Source: Vicugna vicugna
Taxonomy: Eukaryota
Assembly (NCBI GenBank): GCA_013265495.1
Contig: MU058844.1
Coordinates: forward strand, 7,687,260-7,751,259
Length of the DNA stretch: 64,000 nt
Reading direction: 5' to 3'
Part shown: piece by piece, positions 63,427 through 64,000 of the stretch
Position numbering within the stretch: the stretch's first letter is position 1
Layout of the letters: each line of letters starts with the position of its first letter
Notes under the pieces: model-generated
What the model was told of the DNA's origin: nothing
What the model saw: the letters and a program-made list of their open reading frames with translations, nothing else
Databases searched by the model: none
Program-made: the position numbers and the translations under genes

Positions 63427-64000
63427 CAATGTGTTTGGGCTGGCCCACAACAGATCACAGTAACTCATAAATTATTTGATTTTCAGGAATTTTGCAAGCT
63501 GGTTGTTAAACACAACTATTTTTGAAAATTAAATCATATAAATTTACAAGTCAGTAAATTTTATATGCATTAAATGCTCAAACCTCATCACTTCCTTATT
63601 GTTTTAGTATATCTTACTTTTGATATTATTTACCTTTCTTATTTCTCTATGGCAGAAAAATGAAGTGTGCCACTGCACACCGCTTCCTGATTTCATGATC
63701 TTTGGTATCATGTCAGGAGCTTGAAGTCAGCCGTCACAAGAATATTTACACCAGAGTAACTGGCAAACCAAGGCTTGATTGATTGCTTTACTAATTGTCC
63801 AGATTTGGGGGATGGAGAAAATGTTACTCTTGCAGAGTAAACTTAAAGTATATCATGGCTGTATCTGTTCTATTGCAAATAGCACACAATATCGAGGAAA
63901 TAGCCTTCCAGTATTAGAAAACCATTATCCAATTCAGCAAAGAAGTTGGTCATGTTATTGGCAACTTAGTGACGTATCAATGTATGTCTTTGTGGTTTCA
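63427..64000 (+). mobile_element. MER63C/D-like hAT-Blackjack element (runs off the window)
   Basis: ttttcaggaattttgcaagctggttgttaaacaca...agcttgaagtcagcc...atatttacacca. Confidence 0.8.

Noticed and set aside
1..64000. Inferring a host-gene strand from A/T skew or L1 orientation
   Set aside because: PolyA and polyT runs and repeat orientations look roughly balanced by eye; no count was possible.

Overview
AT-rich, CpG-depleted mammalian DNA made mostly of interspersed repeats. It is probably cetartiodactyl, most likely camelid; this is inferred from the L1 3' UTR type and the absence of ruminant, pig or whale SINEs. I found no protein-coding gene, RNA gene, CpG island or CRISPR array that I can support. 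The supplied ORFs are either transposon remnants or chance ORFs. The window may be intronic or intergenic; I cannot tell which. Recognisable content includes L1 (a near full-length decayed copy at about 46.75-53.35 kb, a twin-primed inverted copy, several short 3' ends), L2, MIR, MaLR/ERVL/ERV1 solo LTRs and hAT/Tigger MITEs. The most interesting signals are ancient coding fossils read by manual translation through stops and frameshifts: (1) a minus-strand Ty3/Gypsy element at about 0.84-7.4 kb with LTR end, PBS, PNMA-like gag, protease, RT and RNase H in the correct order; (2) a non-LTR reverse-transcriptase fossil of uncertain clade at about 45.5-46.45 kb; (3) a CR1 RT fossil at about 23.0-23.7 kb; (4) a possible hAT transposase fossil at about 21.6-22.2 kb. 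Repeat family names are from memory of consensus sequences, and boundaries are approximate unless a TSD is quoted.
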